Source: Batkoa obscura (taxonomy: Eukaryota). Taken from it: a stretch of 64,000 nt of DNA. Each line of letters begins with the position of its first letter. The stretch's first letter is position 1. The translations under genes and the position numbers were made by a program. The notes beneath the pieces are model-generated. The model ran no database searches and was not told the DNA's origin. It worked only from the letters and a program-made list of their open reading frames with translations. Below are positions 51,437-62,565 of this stretch, in pieces. The stretch is from assembly GCA_030770535.1 (NCBI GenBank), contig JASVEC010000013.1, positions 310,001 to 374,000 on the forward strand, in the 5' to 3' direction.

Positions 51437-53313
51437 TATCTTATTTTATTAACAAATTAGAAATTTATTTTGACAGCAAAATAAGACTTAAACTAGCTAT
51501 TTAAATTTAAAATAAAACTAATTTACACAATAATAATCAAAACTAGCTCAAAATACTTTGCTCATCATAGGTGTATTATAAAACCCCTGTTGAATTAAAT
51601 AGATGATATAAGTTATCTATGACCCACTCAAACTCCAATTTTATCTCTTGTTTTTTACAAAATATAACCCTACGTTCTATTTGAAAAATCCAATTAAATA
51701 CAGGTAGAATTAGACTTTAAATGATTACCATACCAATGCTACTTTACTACCAATAAAGCATGCGCCTTCAGGTTCAAGATTTTAACAAAAAACTATATAT
51801 AAATAGTACAGTTAAAAGGATGTATCACAAAAAGAAGAATTTTTTTGACCATTTACTCTAATTCAAATCAATAGAAAGTAAACGATTAAAAACTACAATC
51901 AAAATCAAATTTACATGATCAGACTCTTCCCATTGATAATACTTTAGCTGCAACTATCTTTTAATCAATTCATAATAAAAGTAATTCAATAGTTTTCTGG
52001 GTTTATTTATTGACCTTATTTATAATGTATTTTAGACTCATATCAAGACAAGATAAATGATCTAACTAACAAAGATTTTCCATAGCCAACAAAATACTAT
52101 AACTTTAATATCTACTATAAAAAGGTAAAGACCAAAATTATCTTTGACAGTTTATTTGTTTATAATAAACCTTCAATAAACTTTAAAGCATTGTTTTTGG
52201 CTTTGATAATATATTTGTCGTCTCTGAAAATATCTAAAGTTGTTAACTTCAACATATCTGCTGCTCCTTTTATAATCTGAACCTTAACACTAATAGTATA
52301 AATAGTTGTAGATAACAAATTTAGGTATAGATAGGGATGATAAAGCATAAAAGAAGTCAAAAATAAGGTTATAGATTTTATTTTGGAAATATTGAAGTAG
52401 TGTAAGCATTAAAATAATTTTCAATCTAACCTTTTTTATTTTATATTTAATTTTATATTTAAAATAATTTAATAACTTGATAACCTCATTGAATATTTAT
52501 CAATTAGAGTATTGAAACGTATAAACCCATTTTTCAAAGTAAGCCAATCAAATCCCACTATTTACTTTAATTACACTATTTAAGCCCAAAGCACTTAACG
52601 AAATTTTAAAGCATTTAATAGTGGACCCAAAAAATTAAAAAGAAGATCCGCTTATAAATGAAAAAAAAAAAGATTAAATAATAATAATAAAACCAAATAC
52701 TCATTTTAAGCCTTTTAGTAAATCCTTATTTATCATAAAGGGGGAAACAGACTTGGTCAAAATTTGAACAAAACAATAAAATTGAAAATCACTGATAATC
52801 AAAATAATAAGAGAGATTAGATAGGAATTTAGTAACATATTTTTATCTAGGCTTATTTTTAATTGCTTCCTTTTTATTACATTAGAATTGGAATAAATGA
52901 ATAAAAATGATTGTCTGTTGTTTGTAGTGTATCTATTTAACTACCCCACCTGTTTACAATATAAAATAAATACAGACGAAAAACATTTTTATAAAAATCA
53001 AAAGTTAAAATTTGAATTCAAATGCGATCAAAGATAGTTTATAGATTCTTTTTGATGCTGTGGGATGTTTATAATATACTTATAATGAGTAAAGTGTTTT
53101 AAGTTAGGTTGGTTTATTGTTATTTAAATTGGGTCATATTTCTTACTTTTATTTAACTAGCTCTAACTCACATTTTAATCATCCATGTATAAATATACAT
53201 ATATATTCATAAATAAAGTTGTTATCACTGGTTTTATACTGGCTTTAAAACTAAACTATTAACAGTTTAAATTTTTATTAGATATAGGCTTAAATATGAT
53301 TATAAAGAATCTT

Positions 53314-54207
53314 TTATTCAAGCACTAATTTTAAATTATTAAAATGGTTACTATTTGCAAATAAAGAAATAAACTCATCCCGAGATTCTGAGTGTAAAGT
53401 TGGCACGAATAATGGATTGATAATAGTAATTAAAAAGAGAAAAATAAGCGAAAGGGAATCCATAACATATTCATTGTCAAATTTAACATTTGCTAGCTCA
53501 AGTGCAACCATAGTAACTTCAGGTAATAACAAAAAGGTGTATGTCATTGGGATTAACAACAAGTCCAAAATAGGACGGTATTTTCTATAAAATGATTCCG
53601 ATTCTAATCTGAGTGTTATCTTTTGGAAGTGGTGACTGATTAGACAATAGCAAGTTGGAAGGATAATAATGTTTGGTAAAATAATTAATAGCATTATAAT
53701 ACTATAAATAGTGTCCCCAATTGATCCCTGAAGTTTATGAATTGGTATACAATACATCCCCGATGCCATTAACCTTGGATTCCCTTTAAGTGAAGCTATT
53801 ATAAATATAACTAATATAAAAGCAATGATTATAATTGAAGCAATAGTTGACGTGCTGTTTTTTATTTCCTTCATTTTTACAATAGTTAAATATCTTATTA
53901 TTGATAGTTGGGATGCTAAACCTAAAGCAATAATAACTGAAGAGTCAAATAACATAGAACTAATTAAGCACCAAGCACCATATACGAAGGTTAAAGGTGT
54001 TGTTGAAATCCATTCAATGAGTTGGGATACTATTGTAAATGCTGAAACGAAGGCATCAAAAAAAGCAATTAATCCTATTAATTGAGAGTCAATCGCCCTT
54101 TTTCTTTTATCTCTTGTTACTGTAACCCAAATTACTAAGCTGGTTAAAATGAATGGTAACATGACCACACAAAACAATATAATTTTATAAACCAGACTTA
54201 GCTCGAT
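53314..54207 (-). pseudogene. Class A-like 7TM receptor copy with lost start codon (ATG>ATC) and an open frame; silent cassette or pseudogene
   Basis: The codon aligned to the paralog ATG is ATC at 54207-54205, directly preceded by TAA (IELSLVYKIILFC vs MELNPAFKIVVFC). The TM1 Asn is changed (LNSL>LTSL). The next ATG, at 54162, lies inside TM1. Confidence 0.65.
53634..54142 (-). repeat. 509-bp inverted identity tract, second arm
   Basis: Reverse complement of 50402..50910. Confidence 0.9.
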
Positions 54208-54700
54208 TTATTGGTAGCTATTTTCATTGTTTATCTAAAATAATAGGTAGATAGTTTGTAGTGTATATTTTGGTTCAGTATTTAATAATTTCACAAGTTT
54301 ATATTGCGTAAAAGATGGACAAACACATAAACCAAAAACAATATTCTCATGTAAAATTGCTTTTTATAGATAATTTAAAATTTTTTAATAAAATTAATAA
54401 AGTTATGAATTAAATGGCATTAAAATTACTAAAGCCCATTATTATCATCAAATATTTTATTATTATTATTAAATGTAATCAAATACATGATTTATATCAA
54501 ACTTACAGTGTAAATTTTATTTAATCATCTACTAAAATGTAATCTATATATCATTTTTAAATAAGGAATATTCGCTTTGTAATATACAACCCTTTCGTAC
54601 ATACAACGTTATTTTTAATTGTTTACTACCAACTTATTTGGACTTTTTATAAAAATTAAAGTATGAAGTTAAAGCATTAATGGGCTTGATTATTTGGATT

Positions 54701-54806
54701 ATATAGGATGTATTTTTTTGTTCAAGAATTTTACTAATAGCTTTTCCACTCAAATAGCACTTAAAAAATCGAAAAAGTGATGAAATCAAAAGAAACACTC
54801 CCATAT
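54701..54806 (-). mobile_element. MITE family A copy
   Basis: ATATAGGATGT...ACACTCCCATAT. Confidence 0.8.
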
Positions 54807-55559
54807 TTAACTTGGCTCAGAATTTATTTTTTATTTATAATTTCATGTTTTTAATCTATGTGAAAGTTGGTACTCAGTGGTTGGAGTTAAAAGCAGTTAT
54901 TGCTTGATTAACTAGTCTTGAGTCGAATGGTCTTAGTTTATATAACCAAGATAGACTTAAATGAATAAGAATAATACGTAATAAGCTATGAACTATGTAA
55001 AACAAATAGAATAGAAGATACTACTGTAAAATCTACGTAAGATATTGTCAGAAAGACTTAGTGGCTTTATTAATGGTACGATATCAGGGAGTAATTCAAT
55101 TAAAAAGCTTCGAGTTATCATACTGAAGAATATCTTTTATACTCCAACAAGTATGGATATTAAAATGAGAAGATAATGTTCTTTGCAATGTGAAGTTAAA
55201 AATCCTCGCAGCAAATCAAAATAAGGAACTCTGAGTTGATTGTACCTGAACTTGAGAACACAGCAACTTAAGTGATTGTTATGTTATAATCAATCCGAGA
55301 GCTGATAAACCAATATTTCACACGACATGGAATATTTATTATATAGCAAGTGAAGCTAAAGTAAGTTTTAATAAAATCTCATCTAATTTTAAGCTTTTTT
55401 TTTTATTTTACTTTTATTTTACTTTTTTTTTTATTTTACTTTTATTTTACTTTTTTTTTAAAACCTGCTTATTATTTAAAATTTTTTAATAATCTTTTAA
55501 GTTTTGAAATTATTTTATAATCATTATAAATTGTTATTAAATTTGAAGCATGTTTAGCT

Positions 55560-56720
55560 TTTTAGTTTTTTTCCAGTATATCATTATATATAAAGGTTTT
55601 ACTAGCTTAATGCTGCAGCTTTTTTTTTAAATTTATTTATTATATCACTTTAATCTTATATAACTTTAAATCAAGAATTGATATTGCTTTAAACTGTTGA
55701 CTATAGCATAGCAGCAGGTATAAAACTATAAACTCAAGTTTTGGTTTATAAAAAAATCAGGGAGCATGGGATTAATTGACTTTAAATTGATGAACCTTTT
55801 TTTTTTCTAAAATACTTTAATTTTTCCAAAATAGCTTATCTCTTGATATATAATAACATCAATCTAAAGCCATATTACTTAATTACAGCTTTTTTTGTGC
55901 TGCTAATAACTTTTTATCAGTTCCCAGATCTTTTAACATCTCTGGTAAACTTCTAAACAACCTAATCCTTTTTACTTATAAGGGTTTTTGGCACTCCTTT
56001 TATAAACAAGTTAACAACAAAGTTTTTTTGAACTAACTAAAATTCTCAGTTATCCTTAATTCCACTTTATACTACTATATTATCTCTTCTAACCCATCTA
56101 TCCCTCATTTCTTAAAATTATTTACCAAATCCTCACTTCTGTCTCCTAAAATTAAATCTGCTATCTGGGCAGTTTGCTCTAAGGTAATAATTTCAGGCAA
56201 ACAAAGAAAACACTTCAAATAAATAAGCCCCTTCACCTTCTCTTGCTTAATCTATAATATGGACAATGAAGCTTTTCTACACATCTATATTACCTGGTAC
56301 TTTGCATCAGACTTCTGGAATAAAATTTTGAGCCTTTCCCCCCTCCATACCTGCCTCTACTACAGAAAAAATTAACACTCTTGAAAACTTCTTACCCTTA
56401 TTATCATTGTATAGCCCCGACACGATCTTTATGCTAGTTAGGTCCAGCTTCCCCAGTATTACAGCTCCAAATACAAAACTAATGCTCCACCCTTCCTCCT
56501 CCATCCCTTCGACGACCTTCCTACCATGCAAGAACTTGCTCTTTAAAGAACCCCCTTTCATCACCCATTGCAAATCCTCTGGATCGAAATCTCCTGACCC
56601 AGATTTTGTAAAGCCCCTGTCTCATTTTCATACCAAGCCTTTTATACTTTAAAGGCTGCCTCTTCCCTCCACTCCAATGCTCCCTAATTGGTTCTCCGAT
56701 TCCTTTTTTTGCACTAATAA
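55560..56720 (+). mobile_element. Degenerate non-LTR retrotransposon (L1/Tx1-like) ORF2 3' relic with zf-RVT
   Basis: Plus-strand fragments KKSGSMGLIDFKLMN (~55751; cf. PK..GGLG..D...N), SLLSPKIKSAIWAVC and CLIYNMDNEAFLHIYITWYFASDFWNKI (~56245-56327; degenerate C..C....E...H....C..A...W); stops and frameshifts. Boundaries approximate. Confidence 0.65.
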
Positions 56721-57509
56721 AAACACAAGACTCTTTTCTTGAATTTAAAAAAAATCGGGTGCTACATTTGAAAAATATTAAACAAAGGCAATAAAATAGT
56801 CTAATAGAATTTAATAATTTCATCACCAATCCAAATTAAATGAATATAAGGTTATTCATAAGTCTCTTATTTATTACTTTTCCATTATTTTAAATTATTC
56901 TCTATTTTTATGATTTAAAAATAAATCCTTATTTATAAATAATTTTATACAAAAGGCCAAATGGTTTAAATATTTTATTTGCCAAGGTAAAAGAATAACC
57001 ATGAGTTAGTGTTTATTAGGATGGTACGATAGCAAAAGGAATTAATTTTAAAAAGAGATACATTAACCAAATTTACCTGTTCTTTTGAATAAAGTGCCAG
57101 GAAAATAGGATTTAACTTCATTCTTTATAATATTTCACGGTTTAACTGTAAAATTAGGTAAAGGTAATGAATGGTACATGTAAAATTGGTATATTTATTA
57201 TAATATAATTAATAAAATTTTGTATTTGAAGGGGCAATAAATTTTGTAAACTAAACACTAATTATGAGAAAAAAATCTTCAGTAGGAATTTTAAAAAAAA
57301 CTTTAATGTAATATCTTAATAGTGTTACATATTTTCAACCACTATATTAAAACTTATTGTAATAGCTATTAAAATTCAATTTAATTCTCAAAATTTACCA
57401 AATAAGAACTCATTTGAACAAATCAACATGCGATTTTATATTATCAGCACAATTAAACTATAAGAAATACAGTAGCTTTTAATATTGATTATATTTCTTT
57501 TCTTTCTAA

Positions 57510-58364
57510 ATGATTAGGCTTGCTTATAAAAAAATTATTTTTTTGATTTTAATCATTTTAGTTACCGTAAGTTTATTATATATAAACCTAGATAAACCTT
57601 TTATTGGAGTACATAAATCTGGATTTAAATATAATAATGGAAAAATACCAAAAGTAATCCATCAAACATGGAAAGACAAAAATATAGAAGATGTAGCAGC
57701 CAAAGAATCATGGGAAAAAATGAATCCGGAATATGAATATAAGTTTCATACAGACGAAGAATGCGATAAGTATGTAAAAGAAAGATTTCCGGATATTTAC
57801 CCATTGTATATGAAGCTTCCAAAAAATATAATGAGATTTGATTTATTTAGGTACCTTTTAATTTATGATGAAGGAGGCATATATTCAGATATAGACACCG
57901 AATGTATTAAACCTATTGATGAATGGACTAAAAATTATGAAAATGTTGGAGCAGTTATTGGAGTTGAGCTAGATGCCTCAGACCATATTGTACCTTGGTT
58001 TAGTCCAGTTCAATTACAATTGATCCAATGGACATTTGCTGCTTCTCCACGTCATCCTATTATACAGCATGTGATTAACGGTATTGCATTCAATTATTCT
58101 TCTACACCAGTCGAGGAGTTGGAAAAAATATCAGTTCACGATACAACCGGGCCATCAATTTGGACTAAGCTTGTTTTAGATTACTTATGTAAACTCAAGT
58201 TTTGCAATTGGAGGAGTTTAAGAAGCTTAGAAGAACCTGTACTTATTGATGATGTTTTAATATTGCCTCCTTTTTCTTTCAATGTATATACTGATATGAG
58301 GCCCAAAGGTCCTGAACATAAATTTTCGTATGTTATACATAAATTTTTAGGTAGCTGGAAATAA
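57510..58364 (+). CDS. Glycosyltransferase family 32, Och1-like alpha-1,6-mannosyltransferase
   Basis: Type II signal anchor, KIPKVIHQTWK, DLFRYLLIYDEGGIYSDID (DXD), QWTFAASPRHP, TTGPSIWT, IHKFLGSWK. Confidence 0.9.
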   Translation: MIRLAYKKIIFLILIILVTVSLLYINLDKPFIGVHKSGFKYNNGKIPKVIHQTWKDKNIEDVAAKESWEKMNPEYEYKFHTDEECDKYVKERFPDIYPLYMKLPKNIMRFDLFRYLLIYDEGGIYSDIDTECIKPIDEWTKNYENVGAVIGVELDASDHIVPWFSPVQLQLIQWTFAASPRHPIIQHVINGIAFNYSSTPVEELEKISVHDTTGPSIWTKLVLDYLCKLKFCNWRSLRSLEEPVLIDDVLILPPFSFNVYTDMRPKGPEHKFSYVIHKFLGSWK

Positions 58365-58642
58365 AAGTTGGCTATTAAAACCAATATATTTTTTGTAATA
58401 TGATGAGTATAACTTTAGAATAACTTTTTCATGTTAAAAATACTGCTCGTATTAGAAAGTTTTAGATCAATAGAAAAAACTATCTTTACGATTGAAAAGT
58501 TTTTTAATTGTAATGATAATTTTTTAGACTTGGACACTATGTTTTATAAAACTCTTTTGCTATAATTTGTGTTCTTTGGGAGTTTTGGATTTAATTCTGA
58601 GATCAGAGCATTTTAAGTTTATAACCCTTATTTAATTTAAAA

Positions 58643-58748
58643 ATATGTGGTGTTTTTTTTGGTTTCATCATTTTTTCCATTTTTTAAGCGCTATTTGAGT
58701 GAAAAGATTGTTAGTGAAATTCTTAAACAAAAAAATATATCCTCATAT
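58643..58748 (+). mobile_element. MITE family A copy
   Basis: Consensus match. Confidence 0.8.
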
Positions 58749-58867
58749 GTTCTATTTTAGATTATCAGTTATTGACAAATGATTGTCCAAAATTGGGTGC
58801 TTCAATTTTTGGAACAATTTCTAGAGGCAGTGTATAACTACTTATCTCGCTTCTTGGTTTTTATACC

Positions 58868-58974
58868 ATATGGGGGCGCTTTTTTTGGTTTCATTACTTT
58901 TTCCATCTTTTAAGCACTATTTGGGCGGAAAAATTGTTAGTAAAATTCTTAAACACAAAAATACATCCCCATAT
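58868..58974 (+). mobile_element. MITE family A copy
   Basis: ATATGGGGG...TACATCCCCATAT. Confidence 0.85.
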
Positions 58975-60192
58975 GTGTTAAAAAAACCACTGTTCTTTTA
59001 GGAGTAAGTGTCTATAAAAGACAATGACAGCTGGCTATTAATTGAATAATTATCAACAATTGAAAAGTAATATTTGGCCAATTTTTTAATATCAAATAAT
59101 GTTCTCATACAAAAGCAGTAGAGGAAAACATTATAAATAGTTTATATGTTAGCCCTATTCCATCTAATCTATCATTTGTCGCCTTCCTATCGCTCTCTTA
59201 TCTGTATCGTTATTTTTTACTGTTTTGAACTTTAGTTTTATTTAATTCATAACGACCAATTAGGGACTTTCTGACTCCCTTATTTTTTGTAAATCTCGAT
59301 GTAAAATATACAGTTGTTTTATTTCTGGGATATGTTTAAGCTAAGAGAGTCAAATAAAGTAGTCTAAATAGGAAGGAGGCTCATATTAGGTTAGATCCGA
59401 GGCATAAGCTCTAGTATTTTTTTCCAAGCTTTTAAAAAAGATATATTAACCTTTCATTTAAACAAAGTTAATGCTATTTATTAATTTAGATAATTAATAC
59501 AAATTTACAGCTAAGGTAAAAAAATATCTAAGAGATAAATATTAAATAACAGTAAAAGGTTATTTTAAAAAGGACCTTTCCTATTATTAAAGGCAATAGG
59601 GTTACAGTTAATAAAATGTAAAGGTCTTTTTATTTAGGGGATTATGTCAATGTAGAGATCTTAATGAATTTGACCCAAAAGCAAATGTATGATCTTTAAA
59701 GATTGAATTTATATCTGATAATAGGATCTCTACATTACAAAAATATTTTAGATGAAGAAATTTTTGTTTATCCCTATCAGTCACTTAATCAGTTTTTAAT
59801 TTCACCCAATAATAAAACACTTCTAAGCCTCTGGTTCCTTTATTTTCAAAAAAGATTACTTATTAGTAGAATTAACAATTAATTTAATGTAGCATTCTGT
59901 CAAAAAGGCCCTTTAACTCTTTCTGTAAGATGGTGTTAGTAAGGTATAGGAGTGAGTTTATGGACCTTTATATTCCAGTAAAAAAACAGATATATTAACA
60001 ATAATATAACTAGTTTTGGAACTAATTGTAAATTCAAAGAGTGCGATAATAGCTATATAAACATTTAACTTATGAGCCATAACTGGGATTAATGGATATA
60101 CAATTAACCTATAAAGATTAAAAAAATTAATTTCAAGCCTTTGGTTTTTTGAGTTTGTATTTATTCTATTCAAAGCGCTTCTTTCCTTCAAT

Positions 60193-60297
60193 ATATGGAG
60201 ATGTATTTTTTTGTTTAAAAATTCTACTAACAATTTTTCCGCTCAAATAGTGCTTAAAAATGGAAAAAATGTTGAAATAAAAAAAACACCCCCATAT
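60193..60297 (-). mobile_element. MITE family A copy
   Basis: ATATGGAGATGT...ACACCCCCATAT. Confidence 0.85.
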
Positions 60298-61799
60298 ATT
60301 GATATTTTATGTTAATTAAATACACTATTGCTATTACCATTGAGTATAATATTAAGCTTGACATATCAAATAAATTAATCATTTGAAGTAGATAACGTAT
60401 TGATGGCGAGCGATTATGCTAGGTGTAGATTGTAGCATTATCCTAATACCATATATTAAATCCCTCATTGAGGTACAAAGTGATAATCTATAGGAAGTTG
60501 ATTTGTTAACCTCTTTATTATAATACAAGATGGTAGTAAATAGCGTGAAAGGAAGTAGGATAAAAGTAATTGGAATTGTATTGGTATAAAAAAACTAACA
60601 AAATATCAATTAAAGCCATTAGCACCATCCATTTTTAAGGTAAAGTATTTAAAGAGTATTCATTGATGTCTGGTTTTATAGTAGCTTTAGTACTTGTTTT
60701 ATTCTTATTTATTGGTTAACCTTTGTATAGTTTATTTGTGCTCATGTTCCTGTTCTTATTTTAAACTAATAACACAATGAAATAAACTCATGTAGTAGAA
60801 GCTTTATTTAAAAAAATTAGAGCTAATTTAGAATCAAAGTTTGAATTTGGATTTAAAGATTAATTTATAGAATTGTTTAATACAAAACCACTAGTTGTTA
60901 GCATATTATATAAAGGAAATATACTTTAAAGAGACAAATATGCTACATTTAATAAATGACGTCTTCACACTTGCTTCAAATAGCATCGAATTCGATTTTC
61001 TTTAAAACTGTATATAAATTTATAAATTTATAAATTTATAAATTCTAATTGTTTATTTAGGTTGAAATAATAGTGAATTTTTTTTGGTTCATCATTTTCG
61101 ATATCTTGTGCCATTTTATCGCTATCTACTGCAGCCTTCCTTAGCTTGCTATTATATAACCATTAAGAATTATGATAAATAGAACCCTTTTACTTTGATT
61201 TAAATAAACGTATTTGATCTTAGTATTTGAATTTTGTATTAAAAAAAGAAGTAAGATAACCCATGCTTATATTTATACAGATTGTAGATGTCTATTAATA
61301 AGATCTGAAATCCTTTTATCAAATAACTGCTTCCACATAGATTAATTTCCCTTAAAGAAAAGGATTAACAAAGAAAGCTTGGCTGATTCTTTTTAAAATA
61401 TTCAACAATTCCTCATATATCCCTAATTTGATACATACAATTTCATTTTTATAGTAAAGGCTATGTGATATTCAAGTTAAATGTATACACTACATCTAAA
61501 TACGAAACTTTCAATCTACGAATAAAACTACTGATATATATAGTTTAAAGAATATTAGTAGTGTTTAAGATGACCCGTTAAGCCAAGTCTCTGTGCCCAT
61601 GGTAAAATTAATGATGTAATAAGTTGAACTTTAATTACTTAAATAATTCCTTCATAACTCTTGAGTTTATACTATATTAATTTAGTTTTGTATCAACCTA
61701 ATATCCACTTCGACCCTTTGATCGTATAAATGGATTTAAATGTAAATAGAGCTATCTATAAAATTAATTATCACCGATAAAACTAGACTTAAGAAAGGC

Positions 61800-61901
61800 A
61801 TATGGTGATGTTTTTTGGTTTCATCATTCTTTCCATTTTTAAGCGCTATTTGAGTGGAAAGGTTGTTAGTAAAATTCTTAAACAAAAATACATCCTCATA
61901 T
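61800..61901 (+). mobile_element. MITE family A copy
   Basis: ATATGGTGATGT...TACATCCTCATAT. Confidence 0.85.
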
Positions 61902-62565
61902 AATTAACGTTTCTTTGATTAAAAATGATCAAAATTCATTCTATTAAAGATTAGAATAGTCGTTGCTTCATTGACTTAAACTATTCGAAAAAAAAGTTGA
62001 TAAAATTCTTAAAAGAGCTTACACCACTAACTAGTTTATTAACAAATTATCAAAATAAATTAACATTTACAGTATCTAAAGAACCATTATGTAATAAGAA
62101 GCATGGTAGATTTAGCGGAAATTTATACAAATAATGATACATTGGTAGTCTACATATAAATATTTTTTATTCTTTTATGTTGTTTTGATCTATTTAATTT
62201 TTTCTGAAATTCGGTTAATCCAAAATAGTCATTTATATTTATCCTATAATTTAAAAGCGGCATTAATGTAGATTTCTGTGTAGAATATCTTCGCTAGCAG
62301 TAATGCATTCTTGATCTAACATAAAATCTAAAGATCATGAGGAATTTAAGCTCAAGCTTACTTGATATTTCGCTAAAATAAAATTCACTTCCAAGTGATT
62401 GGATAAAATTATTCTGTTAACATTATTAAGATTTAGTATAGCTTAACTTAATATTATTTCATTTTGTGTTGAATTAATATTTAAAAATAAGCTTTTTAAC
62501 AATAGCTTTTTGTATTTTATTTGTAGAACTTTACCATCTATCAAGCTCAATTAACAACTATTCTA

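Noticed and set aside
55395..55460. T-rich tandem duplication; also (ATAAATTT)x4 at ~61013-61044
   Set aside because: Ordinary low-complexity slippage repeats in AT-rich DNA.
56307..56829. Three overlapping short ORFs
   Set aside because: They lie within the degenerate LINE relic and have no independent coding evidence.
18464..60233. Short similar ORFs reading FF..SL.FPFFKRYLSGK..SKILKQK (18464, 19658, 35682, 36132, 45767, 59958)
   Set aside because: Translations through MITE family A copies, not a peptide gene family; frames are not preserved between copies.
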